DNA of 52,966 bases, filler included, from Jimgerdemannia flammicorona (taxonomy: Eukaryota), in assembly GCA_003990765.1 (NCBI GenBank). It is 2 parts of 2 records of this genome, joined end to end, with 100 filler letters (N's around TTAATTAATTAA, not from the genome) between each part and the next. Parts side by side here need not be neighbours in the genome. Positions count along the whole stretch, not along the records: positions 26,542 to 52,966 come from RBNJ01000729.1; 1 more part is not named here. One strand, given 5' to 3'. Below the pieces are notes generated by a model. It saw only the letters and a program-made list of their open reading frames with translations. It did no database searches and was not told the DNA's origin. How positions within the stretch are numbered: position 1 is the stretch's first letter; the number at the start of each line of letters is the position of its first letter. Shown in pieces: positions 36,568 through 48,311 of the stretch. Position numbers and translations under genes: made by a program.

Positions 36568-38049
36568 ATGAAGGTTCAAAGTGCAAAGAAAAGCCAGTTC
36601 CGCGCTACCATTCAGACTAGAGCTTCTCCTTCAAACAGACCATCTTCCCCAAAGCACACAATTGACCTCGCAGGCTATGGGGAGTCCAACATCATCGACT
36701 CTGCCGAACACTCCGCCCGCCAGCACCTTACGTTACCTGCTTCGTTGCCGCCGCGCTCCTCTCAACCATTTACCACGACATTCTTCGAGACACCGTCTTT
36801 ATTGCAGCTTCCCACCGAGCTCCTCACCAAACTGACGACCCATCTGCCCTTCCCATCTTATATCGCTCTTGCGATGACTTGTAAAACACTTTATTCTCGC
36901 CTATTCTCCCACGAAATTATCTTTTATCTCAAGAACCGATTCAACTTGAACGCTCAGAGCGGCAGTATGATCGTTTTCGCCTATCAAACGGGCCTCATCA
37001 CCAAGGCGCCCCGCGTTTGTGAAGCGATCCTTGATGAGTTTTTTAACGGTCGCGCCGGTGACGAGGCCGGCAAGTCGGGAGCTAGCTCTGCCCTCTCACC
37101 AGCGTCGACATCGGCCATCAGCACAAGAAAAGAACAGTTCAAAACGGTTCGGTTTTGGGCTGTTCTATACGCCATCCATAGGGCGATTCCCGTGTATTTC
37201 GACACAATGCTTGGGAGTGCGGACCCTAATGGTGGGCCCTTCCCCCATGCTACAAGCCAACCTCAAGCGAATCAGAATACTCCTGCGATTCCCACGCAAA
37301 CCTCTGCTTCCTGTTTCTCTGCCGAGCCAGCCTTAGACACAACATCGCAGCGAACACGCACGCCGACTCCTTACTTTGGCTCAGAGACCCAACATTTCAA
37401 ACCACCTACGTCCGGTCAGAACCTCGCGTTTCTGGAGAAATATGTATCATACATGCACGACGCGAGTGACGATTTCATCCCTCATAAATCCGTCGTCAGC
37501 ACCGCCGAATCTCCTCCGTCATCATCTGATAGCCCTGACACTGGTACTGACGGTGTAGGTCTACTGTCACCTTCCGTAACCTTACCAACAATTTATACCT
37601 GCAAGACATATCACACTATCTTCCTACATGTTCTCAAATCTGGCGACCTCGACATCCTTGAATTCTATCTTCGCACCTATGGCCCACCTTTTTGCAATTT
37701 CCGGTTGCGTGGGGACGAGTACGATGATTTAGAAGGGCTTGACCTCGGTGGTGGGCCTATGGACAATAATGGCGGCTACGTCAATAACAATGGACATCAT
37801 GGGGTTGGCGGGACTACCCTGGCGACTCAGCATCAAACGTACGGGCAGCATCATCAGCAAAATGGCGTGTTGGCTCCGCTCGTACCCGCATCAGCGGCTG
37901 CAGCTTGGGTGTTTGGTAATGGGGGGACGAACAGTAGCAATGCTAGTGCCAGTGGCAATGGGTACGGTAACACGGGCAAGGAGTTAAGGCGTAAAGTAAA
38001 GCAGTTGCTGGAGAGGTATGGGGTGACAGTCTCGGACGGGATCATGTGA
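36568..38049 (+). CDS. F-box domain protein, single exon, 493 aa
   Basis: SLLQLPTELLTKLTTHLPFPSYIALAMTCKTLY F-box motif. Confidence 0.75.
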   Translation: MKVQSAKKSQFRATIQTRASPSNRPSSPKHTIDLAGYGESNIIDSAEHSARQHLTLPASLPPRSSQPFTTTFFETPSLLQLPTELLTKLTTHLPFPSYIALAMTCKTLYSRLFSHEIIFYLKNRFNLNAQSGSMIVFAYQTGLITKAPRVCEAILDEFFNGRAGDEAGKSGASSALSPASTSAISTRKEQFKTVRFWAVLYAIHRAIPVYFDTMLGSADPNGGPFPHATSQPQANQNTPAIPTQTSASCFSAEPALDTTSQRTRTPTPYFGSETQHFKPPTSGQNLAFLEKYVSYMHDASDDFIPHKSVVSTAESPPSSSDSPDTGTDGVGLLSPSVTLPTIYTCKTYHTIFLHVLKSGDLDILEFYLRTYGPPFCNFRLRGDEYDDLEGLDLGGGPMDNNGGYVNNNGHHGVGGTTLATQHQTYGQHHQQNGVLAPLVPASAAAAWVFGNGGTNSSNASASGNGYGNTGKELRRKVKQLLERYGVTVSDGIM

Positions 38050-38305
38050 AGTTACCACACGCATATGGGGATCTGGGGAACGTTGCAGAACAGATCAACG
38101 GTATTTTGTGCTCCTCTGCTTCGGAGATCATTCCATGTCTGTATTTCACGAAATCTATAGTGTAGGTTTAAACGTCTCATGTGACTTCTGTGCAAAAGAT
38201 GTATGCAACAATGACGTCATCAGTAAAATACATCAACGACTCGCCGACAAATATAAAGATAGACCGTCGCTTTCTTTTGTTTGCACGATGCAGAAATTAG
38301 AGGCC

Positions 38306-41300
38306 ATGAAAGAGCGCGGATACACACTATAAGTATTGATTTCGTTCTCTGTGATATTTGAACTACTCCTCGCCCGTTGATCCTAATATGTATTTGGGTA
38401 ATTTCTGGGCGCCTATACGAGTCATGAACGTTTTGTCCTCGAGATCGATCAGGAGAGAAGAAGGCTGCAAGTAAGAGCTTTTTCTAGCCTTAGTAACTTG
38501 CGCTGGTTTTCACAGTCTCGAAGGCTCATTGTGCGGTTGTATTCTTCACATTTGGTGTTTGCTCACAGGGGTTTGCCGAGCTTTCAATTACGCCGCTCCA
38601 TGATAAGCTGACGAGCATTAAACTCAACTGTCGACAATGTCGTGAGTATGGATTTTAAAACAATGCCAATGATGTTACTACAACGCTCGGTGTTTATACT
38701 CACTCAACACTTCGCCTTGCTCGAAAGAAATTACCAAGGTTACACTCAATAGTATAAAAGCGAAGTATGAGTACATAGATCCACTCGCCGACTTGTCGTT
38801 ACCCCTTGCAACGACGTCCGTGTCGCAACACCAGGACTATAGGCGTCGCTATGTCTCGGCTTTACAAGAGGGCAACGAAGGTGAAGTGGAAGTAATTGTA
38901 CCACAAGGGACAGTGATGTTGAAACAGGTATGAAAGAAGCTTTACGACACGCTAGTAGCTGTTGATTTCTAGGTCTAATGTATTGCCATTTCTTTCAATG
39001 CTACACAGCAGGACGAGGAGCCTATTAATCGCGTAACGCATTCAGACGGCATCATACTGGCATCACGTCCCAATGGTATATCTTGCTTTTGCATTACCTG
39101 AATCAATTTTACTCTGTTGTTATTGACGTCGCTGACTTCAAGCCAATCTTATCTCAGCAGACATAGCAATTCCAGAATCAATGCCGTCACAGACACCTAT
39201 TACCAATACACTACCAGACGCTGTAGTACGCTACGCATCGCTCACGTTACGCATTGAATATTACTTGGAGGATCCGCGTGCAGGGGTTATGTTTGTGGAA
39301 CCAGATCCCCTGGTGGCTCCTCATGTAAGCAGATGTTTTACTCAGCGTGCACGTCGCAGTTTCCCAATAATGCACGGTCAAGCTCCTTTTGTACATACAT
39401 GTTCATGTCGCTGACATTGCTTCAATATTGTCACTCCCAGCGATATCCGCACATGTATACTGTGAATCAACCCTTACCTGGGGGTGCACGACTTTGGTTG
39501 CCTTGCATTGATGATATATCTGTGCGTTGCACGTGGGAAATGGAGTTCATTGTACCTCAAGGATTATCAGATGTTGATGAAAAAATGCATGATGGGTCAA
39601 TCTCCATAGAAGAGGATGAAGCGACGGTGGTGATATGTAGTGGGGAGCTTGTTGAGCAGGTTGGTTTCTCTGCACAACTACGTGGACTATCTCATTTTCA
39701 GCCATCCTAAATAATTTATCATTCCCACAGACGTCACACCCAACAGATCCGTCCAAAAAAATCGTACATTATGTCCAGTCAGTCCCAACACCGGCGCCAT
39801 TCATCGCTTTTGCTGTCGGTCCCTTCGAGATCACCAAATTCTCGCCATTGGATTTGACATCTAATCAAGGGTTGGAAGGGACAGGAGAGAACAAAGAGAA
39901 ATCGCTGGATGGGGTCAACGCGAGACATGACATCTTTGGGTTCTGTTTACCTGGACGAACCGAAGAATTAAGAAACACCGCGTTGTTCCTCACAAAGGTA
40001 TCATTTTAGGCGTGATACTACCAAATTTCTCACCGTTTATTACCTGCTAACTTTGTCATGGTACTGAACTGTGATGATCAATTCCAATATCTAGGCTCTA
40101 CGTTTTTACTCGCAAGAATGTGGAACATATCCCTTTTCTGATTTCAAAGTAGTTTTTGTCGAGGAGGCTTGGTGTCCCGCAATGTCATCTGCATCTCTAG
40201 CCATTTGCAGGTGATCTTTACTAACACTACTTGGTTTACAATTGTTTGATTATATTATATATAAGGAAACTATATTCTCACTCGAATTCGACTCCTCCCC
40301 GCACAGCACTCAACTTCTCTATTCCCCAGATGTGATTGATCAGGCATATGAGACTCGTCGATTGTTGAGCTTAGCGCTTGCGACGCAGTGGATGGGGATC
40401 CATATCGTGCCAAAAATATGGCCTGACATTTGGCTGATCATCGGGATGGCCAATTTCATCACCGCGATTTTTCTTAAGAAACTTTTGGGTAACAATGAGT
40501 ATCGACTGCGTTTAAAGAAGGTTGGTATTATTATTTTATCGCTGTATATAGATTTGTCTCAATCTGTCTCAAATACGTTCTGCATGTGACATAATTTTGA
40601 TTGCAATTTTGAACTATTCAATGTAGGACATTTCTCGTTGTTGTGCAATGGATGTTGGCCGACCACCCCTGTATAACCATTCCCTACCACCAATCGATCC
40701 GGACGACTTGGAATTCATGGAGCTGAAAGCGCCACTTGTATTGTGGATGCTGGATAAACGCATGCGTAAGGGCGGGGGCACCCTCGGTCTTTCGCGAGTT
40801 ATCCCAAAAATTATGGTGGCACAGATGAGCGGTGAGCTAGTCCACAATGCGTTGAGCACCCACTGGTTGTTTAAGTTATGCCGGAAAATCAGCGGTGTAG
40901 AGTTGAAGAGCTTTATCGACCAGTGGATTTACCACAGCGGATGTCCCAAATTCAAATTCCGATACGTGTTCAATCGGAAGAAAATGGTGGTTGAAATCAC
41001 TATGACTCAAGAAAACACAAACGCTGCCAGCGGACATGAATATTCTGACGTCATCGGAATGCCAGCAGACGAGACAGCGACTCCACTCTTCACTGGAAAT
41101 CTAACAGCTCGTATTCATGAAGCTGATGGAACGCCGTACGAACACATTCTGGATATCCAAGAGGTCTCCAAGAAATTCGAAGTGCAATTCAACACGAAAT
41201 ATAAAAGAATTCGTCGCAATACTAAGAGGTTTCAAGCTAAGCAAGCGGCCGCGGCCGCGGTTGCCGCTGAAGAGGACATTTTAGAAGGTGATGAGGGTGA

Positions 41301-44300
41301 AGTGGCAGCACTTGGAGTGATCCCGGTTCTTGGATTGGGCATGCCAATGTTCGAGAACGAAACGGAGCGAGAAGAATGGCGTGTAGTTGAGTGGGGTCAA
41401 GGTGAAGATGACATCAGTGGTGCTGCAAGGTGAGATATTCATTTGGATCGTATCTATGTACTACAAGTTTCATTAAGGCAAAGCAGAAAGGTATATGTAA
41501 CGGGGACCTCCCTACCTTTGAAAAATAGCGCAACGTTCGATTGGATCAGATTGGATGCCGAATTTGAATGGGTTTGTGTGCTCGACTTTACACAGCCCGC
41601 CTACATGTGGGCTGCACAATTGACAAAGGACAGAGACGCTGTTGCGCAGTACGAGGTAAGAAAGAAGCCTTTCTACTCTGGGTATGCAATGATTGGACGG
41701 ATCCATAACTCGAAAAGCAACTCTTGTTTATATTCGTTAGGCCATCGAAGCGCTTAAAGCTCAACCAACTTTAACGGCTTCGACAAGCCTGTTGCGTGCT
41801 TTGATGGACCAGAAATGCTTCTATAGAATTCGGATGGAAGCTGCATATGCTTTGGCAAAGGTATGTGAAAAATCGTTTTCTCCCGCGATAGATGTGAGTG
41901 TCAAATGCCTGTCACTTGCTGAAATTGGAATTTATATTGATTTTCGTGAAAGTGTGCGACTCCAGAGCTTGAGTGGGTCGGCCTACTTCAGTTGACAAAG
42001 GCTTTCCAGAAGCGGTTCTGTTACCAGTCATCTGCGTCAACTGGGCACGTCCCTGAAGGAGAAATTCCCGTTCTACCTTGCATTCCTAAACCAAACAATT
42101 TCTCGAGTTTAACGGAATACTTCGTGCAGAAAGCCATTCCAGTCGCGGTTTCACAGATTAGAGATGAACGGGGTCAAGCACCGCTTAAAGTAAAGCACTT
42201 CCTTTTGGACCTCTTGAGGTACAACGATAATACTGGTAACACGGTAGGCAGTTCTCATATAATTCCTGGATGGGCCCGCCCTATCTTCTTGCCATATTTT
42301 GACGGAATTTTTTCTTCTAGTATTCCGACAACTACTATGTGAGCACATTGATAAGTGCCCTAGGCCATTCGTTGATCTCAGACCCGCGTGTGGCGAAAGA
42401 AGGTGCTGATGGCATGGAAATTGACGATTTTGACAGTATTGAGATACTGGAAGAGGCCAAGCGGGAGATCGACCGGTATCGGACACTTGATTACTTGATA
42501 CCGACTTATCACAACACAATCACCGTTGCTTGCTTACAGGCAAGTCCTCATTGCGTATTGTTGGAAAATTGCGTGATGCAGCGGTTAGTGTAATCGCACT
42601 TCGACGTATGTTCAACTGAACCTTACTCTGTTATTTTAACAGACCTTCACGAGCTTGATGTCTGCTGGTTTGATGCAGCCTGACTTTCGCTTGTACCTAA
42701 CACATTGCAGGTGTGTTTTTCCACTTTGGATTCACCTATCTCACAACCTTTCATACCCTTTCCCGATTGAACCGCCGAGATGTAACGTTAACATGCATTC
42801 CCTTTTTCTCCGGACGATTAGATATGGCAATTTCTTGGCAGTCCGCATGACTGCAATTGACAGTCTTTTTATCCTAAATGGCTTGCACAACTGCGACCTA
42901 ATCAAGTATTTCTTCAGCATCATCTGCCAAGATCCGTGCCCGTACATGTCATTTTACGTCGCGCGAGGTCTAATGAAGTTGCTCGGTCTGATGATGGGAA
43001 ATCGTGGCGACCGGATCCACAAAGATTTCGTGGATGACCTGGTGGAAGAAGAGGGCAAGGTTTTTGCCCAGGATGCACAGAGTATTCGGAATGTGAATAA
43101 TTTATCCTTTCAGGAGGCGGTGGATGAGGTGCGAAAGGAGCTTGGTAGCAATACGGTACTTCAACATTGCTTATGGAATTCTTTGAAGTGAGTCCCGTTA
43201 TATACATTTGTCCCTCGTAATCTATTTCGCCGGCGAATCGGAATTGCGTTCTACATTTTTTTCGTGGCACCCTTGCAATTATACTAAACGGATATTGTTC
43301 CTGGCCTTGTCTTGTTTTGGGTCCATAAAGTTCAAACCCCTTTTTGGACCATCTTATCCGCAAATTCCTTTTGCGGTTCTGTGAAGTGGTCTATAAACCT
43401 ATTGATCTAGGCCTTCCGAGATTGAGGTTCCGTATGCCAGCCCCGGTAATTCGTCGTTATTTATATTACGAACCGTTCAGGGGTCTGATAAATACCATAA
43501 GGAGGAATATATGATTAGGCAATGGCAATGAAGAGATTGTGGAGAATGTTATTTTTGCAAGAACGTCAGTGTGCCTGAAAAGCACTAATTCTCGAATTGA
43601 TTCCCCTAGGCGATCGAGGTCACTGTCGAAGGTGAACCTGAACCGGAGTCAAATAAACCTTCTGTGGTTAAGTCATTGCCGGGCAAAACCTCCTCACATA
43701 AAGCCAAGCTGAACTCTATTCCAACCGAGGTATACGGTTAGTGTCATAAACAACCTTGTTGAAAATGATGATTAGTTTAAGTCGCTTAACTATAATCCTA
43801 TTAACATGCGTCACAGATTCGCAAGTGATCAAAAATGACACGAAATTGACTCCCGTGAACAATATGCAGGATGACATTGTAAAAATAGCAAAAAAAATTG
43901 TTCCCCATAGCAAAATCAAGAAGGACGTTGGGAATGATTCCAGCATATCTGCGACAGCTTTTCGGCAACAAACATCATCTACAGTCACTTCGGTTGCTTC
44001 CACAGCATTTTCCATGTCGTATAACGAAAGCAAAATATGCCGTCGACTATTAAAAAAGTTATTGAATCACAAAAGTTCGTGGCCGTTCCAAAGGCCAGTC
44101 GATGAAAATGGAGGTAATCTAACATCCACATTGTTATCCATTTACATACGCGATTGTGAGTGAAACAACATGCTTACCTATAGAATGCTTTACGGGCGGC
44201 AATGCTTAGCTCCCAACTATTATTCGGTTATACAGGTATGGAAAAATGTGCGCAGTTTTACCCATCGGGCTAGTTGCATAAAGAATTACATATATGCATA

Positions 44301-47300
44301 ATAAATCGACTTCATACTCAGGAACCGACGGATTTGTCCACGATCAAGGTAGGCATGGACATTGACGGTGCATGAACTGAATCTCAATACACTTACATAA
44401 CATGCATAATATCTAATCCTGACTTATTCACGAACATATAGACAAAGCTGGATAATGGGGGCTACACATCCGCAAACGGATTTTATGCCGACGTTAGGCT
44501 TATGTTTGCAAATTGCTACAGCTACAATGGTCTTGGATCTCCCGTTCAGGTCGAAGGCACAACGCTTGATGCATATTTTGAAGATGAATGGAAAGCAGAA
44601 TTTGGCCAAGATGGTGAAGAGGTAAACTTGACTATCGCAGAAACGCCAGATAAAGACGCGTCGAAAGTACTTGAACTACACGATAAGCTTTCGCGGTCAT
44701 TGTCAGGGACGAATGAAAATCGATCCTTGGATCCACCGGCGTCAACTCCAGTTTTGATTTCTCGACCCACGACTTCGAATATGGATCTCCAAAAATGTCA
44801 ACGGATCCTGAAGAGATTGGTGGATGACCCTGCCTCATATGAATTTATGAAACCTGTGGATCCCGTGAGGCAATGCATTCCGCATTATGTGGAGGTTATC
44901 AAACAACCTATGGATTTAGGCACCATTGGTAACACGCTCAGTTTTGTTATATTTACGTCCAGTCCTTTAATATCCATGTGCGATGTTCATTCCAATACAA
45001 TGTTGCGTCTTGACAGGAACCAAATTGAAATCTGGAGCATATTCGAACGTTGAAGAGTTCGATTTTGACGTCCGTCTCGTTTTCGACAATTGTCTCCGAT
45101 TCAATCAAGCCGGGACGTTTGTATATCAACAAGGTCAAAAAATGCTGGAAATCTACGAACAAACCCGGAATGAGCAAATCACTGGAAATGAGCAGAAGGG
45201 TCTCGTCAATGTGAAGGAAGGCTCGACGAAGCCCAAGCTACCAGCTGTTTCAAAGGATGTTCAAAAGATGCGTTCAGCATCACCCGCTGGAGACGCAAAG
45301 GATGGAATTCAAGATCGCGGGATTACTCCTGATCCCCCTCGTTCAAAAAATTCCATACAAGCAACACATCCAACTGTTTCTGTCGGAAAAAGGGACACGA
45401 TGGTATTGGTTAAAGACAAGTCACATCCAGGAGTACCGAACGAAGGTGGTATTCCTCCTATGCCAGTCAAAGGAACAATGGCGAAGGAAAAGGTTCTGAT
45501 TTCAAAAGATAAGACTATACAAACAGTTGCAGACAAGCCCATACCTACAGTTATCAGAGACAAAATCGGAGCATCAATTGTGTCTCGAGAAAAACCATCG
45601 ACGCGACCGAAGGACGCCGTCAAGCCTGCCTCTCCGAACCGTGGAAATTTATCGTCAAAGTCAATCCCTGACGTATCTGCTACATTTCAAAATGCCACCG
45701 AAAGTCGGATAGACGAGACTAGCAAAGCAAAATGCGGCAAGCTACTCGACAAGCTTGTTTCGCACCAATCTTCTCAACCATTTCAGCAACCAGTAGATGT
45801 CGTAGCGTTGAATATTCCCAATTATCCTAAAATCATCAAGGTAAATGTTGAGCCGCTGTAGATGAATAAATAGATTCCGAGAAGCATAGACCTAACATTC
45901 TCTTTTTCTATTTCCCAGCGACCTATGGATCTTTCAACGATCCGGAAGAATCTAGATGCTGGGAAATACGCGACCATTGGATCCTTTGAGATTGATTGTC
46001 GGCAAATATTCTGGAATTGTTTCAAGTTCAATTCGCCTGATTCGTGGGTTTATGAACAAGGAAAAGCTCTTGAGTCACTTTTCAATCAGCTGTGGTCGGC
46101 GGAGTTTGGCCGAAAGGATGCACTCCGAGCTGACGACAAGAGAAAGGCTCAGAAAATTTTGCAGAAACTTATAGGTAGTGATGCCGCGAATATATTCCTG
46201 GAACCTGTTGATTTAGAGGAACATCCTAGGTATCTCGAAGTTATCGAACATCCCATAGATCTCCGAACAATCTCTGAGAAACTCGAGTCGGGAAAATACG
46301 GTTCTTTTCGCGATCTTGAAGATGATATTCGACTCATGTTCGAAAACTGCTATACTTTCAATGCACCTCTAACGGTCGGTAACGAAATGGGCAAGCAGCT
46401 AGAGGACCTGTTTGATACAATTACTAGAGAGCTCAAGCTACGTACAAAGAAGGAGGCATTAGCCACGCAACTTCCTACCAAGCCAAAATCGACACCAATT
46501 GTTGCAGCAAACATAACACGAACATCTCCTCTCAAAGTTGCGACAGTAGCTAAGGCGCCCGGCCCGACGTTACCGATATCACCCGCGGAAAAAATGAACA
46601 AGGCTCTTCAGTTAATTACCGATGTTAAGAGGATGGATAAGATACTGAAGAAGTTGATGACTCACAGAGCTGCCGCGGCCTTTAACAGACCTGTACGTTT
46701 CCTATCATTTTCGACTTACTCAATTTTCACGCTGTCGCATTCACACTGCGTTGCATTTTCCAGGTCGATCCTATTACTGAGAACGTCCCGCACTACCTTG
46801 AGATAATCACAAAGCCTATGGACTTTTCGACAATGTTAGTGTGCCTTCTATTCCGTCCTTCCCATTTCTCGAGACGCACAACGCAATGCTCTAACCGTTT
46901 CTTAATTTTGATCCAGAGACCGAAAGCTGAAAGCGGGCAAATACAAGAACATGGCGAACTTCGCAGCGGACGTTAGGTTGGTCTTTGCCAATTGCTACAA
47001 GTTCAACAGCTCTGAACACGTCCTATCCATACAGGCGAGCTCCTTGGAGAGCATGTTTGACAAGGAAATTGAAAGAGAGTACATACTCATCGAGAAGGAT
47101 AGCTTGTCACAAGTGTCTAAAGATGACGAAGACTCGGGGACAGTACCCTCGAATCGCGCAAAGGCTGTACCGTTTAGATCACCAACCACATCTTCGGTTG
47201 ATCAAAGAGCTGAACTCAAGAAATACGAACAAGTTCTCCGAAAGTTCAAAACACATACAGCTTATCACATTTTCCAAGAGCCAGTAGATGCTGTGGCATT

Positions 47301-48045
47301 AGGCATTCCACAATACCATACTATTGTCGAGAGACCGATGGATTTTGGGACGATCGAGAAAAGGCTTAGAACAGGAACATATAAGCGGACAGAGGATTTG
47401 GTCAGAGATGCCGCTCAGGTATTTTACAATTGCTATCTTTTCAACCCTTCGGACGATTGGGTGTACAAGGCTGGGCAAGAGCTTGAAAAAGAGTGGATGG
47501 CCCTGTGCACCCAACGCGGCTTAAGATCCGGCGTCCCCGTGGTAAGGGCGACATCTACTAGCACCCCTGTCGTGGAAACTCCATTGCCGCCGCAAGAACC
47601 ATCAACCATGCCAATCGATGTTCCGATGGCCGAAATCGACTCTGTTTTGGTTACAGATCAAGTGGGTACAGAGTGTTTTACCATCCAAAATATATACTCC
47701 TGCTTGGGTGTTCCTGCCCTCTGTTATGGTTGTTAATGACGAACAAATTTGATTCAGGGAGAGGAGACGCTTACCAAAAAGCGCAAAAAAGAGAAGAAAG
47801 ACAAGGAGAAAAAAAAGCGCAAGAAACACAAGCATCGACACGGGCACGATCACGGTCATCCGCGTCACTCTTCTTCTTCACAACATGAGGGTACGAGTAG
47901 CAGATCCATTTCACCTGTAACCAATGATATCTTGTCGGACGGTGATGGCCCATTCTCCGATGAAGAAAATCAAGATAGTGAAGGAGACCCTCGCGTTGTT
48001 GCGAGCCCATCTCCTGTCAAGCTCAAGCTGAAACTAAACCGATAA
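38306..48045 (+). CDS. TAF2: TFIID subunit TAF2 (aminopeptidase-like fold) fused to six C-terminal bromodomains; many exons
   Basis: RGYTL|SHERFVLEID, LNCRQC, ARLWLPCIDD..CTWEMEF, FAVGPF, LKKLLGNNEYR, KAPLVL..LDKR, HEADGTPYEH, WIRLDAEFEW, LLRYNDN. Phase-consistent exons link to the bromodomains and a K/H-rich tail KKKRKKHKHRH. Confidence 0.93.
38329..38418 (+). other. Putative AT-AC intron 1 of TAF2
   Basis: CT|ATAAGTAT...CCTATAC|GAGTCAT restores L-S-H; the GT alternative leaves an in-frame TAA. Confidence 0.7.
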
Positions 48046-48311
48046 CCCCACAGCTCTAAGATCATCGTGTTTGTGTTTGCTGCAGAATTCCTTACATATT
48101 TTGCTTTTTCCAGATTGTCCCTTTCTATTTTTTTTTTTTTTGGAACGTTAATGTAGACGAATTTGGTCGTGTGCGTACATAGGGCACCAATAAACAAGAA
48201 GAGAATTACTTAGTATGGCAAGCGTGAATAATGTCGTCCCAGTTGGTTCTCTCTTCCCTCGTTATACCAATTGTCTCACCCGATTGATGCCCCACTAATC
48301 TCGCCTACACC

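Noticed and set aside
39998..40094. TAF2 intron with donor GTATCATT as a U12-type GT-AG intron
   Set aside because: Mismatch to GTATCCTT, no CCTTAAC near the 3' end, and a U2-type GCTAAC branch is present.
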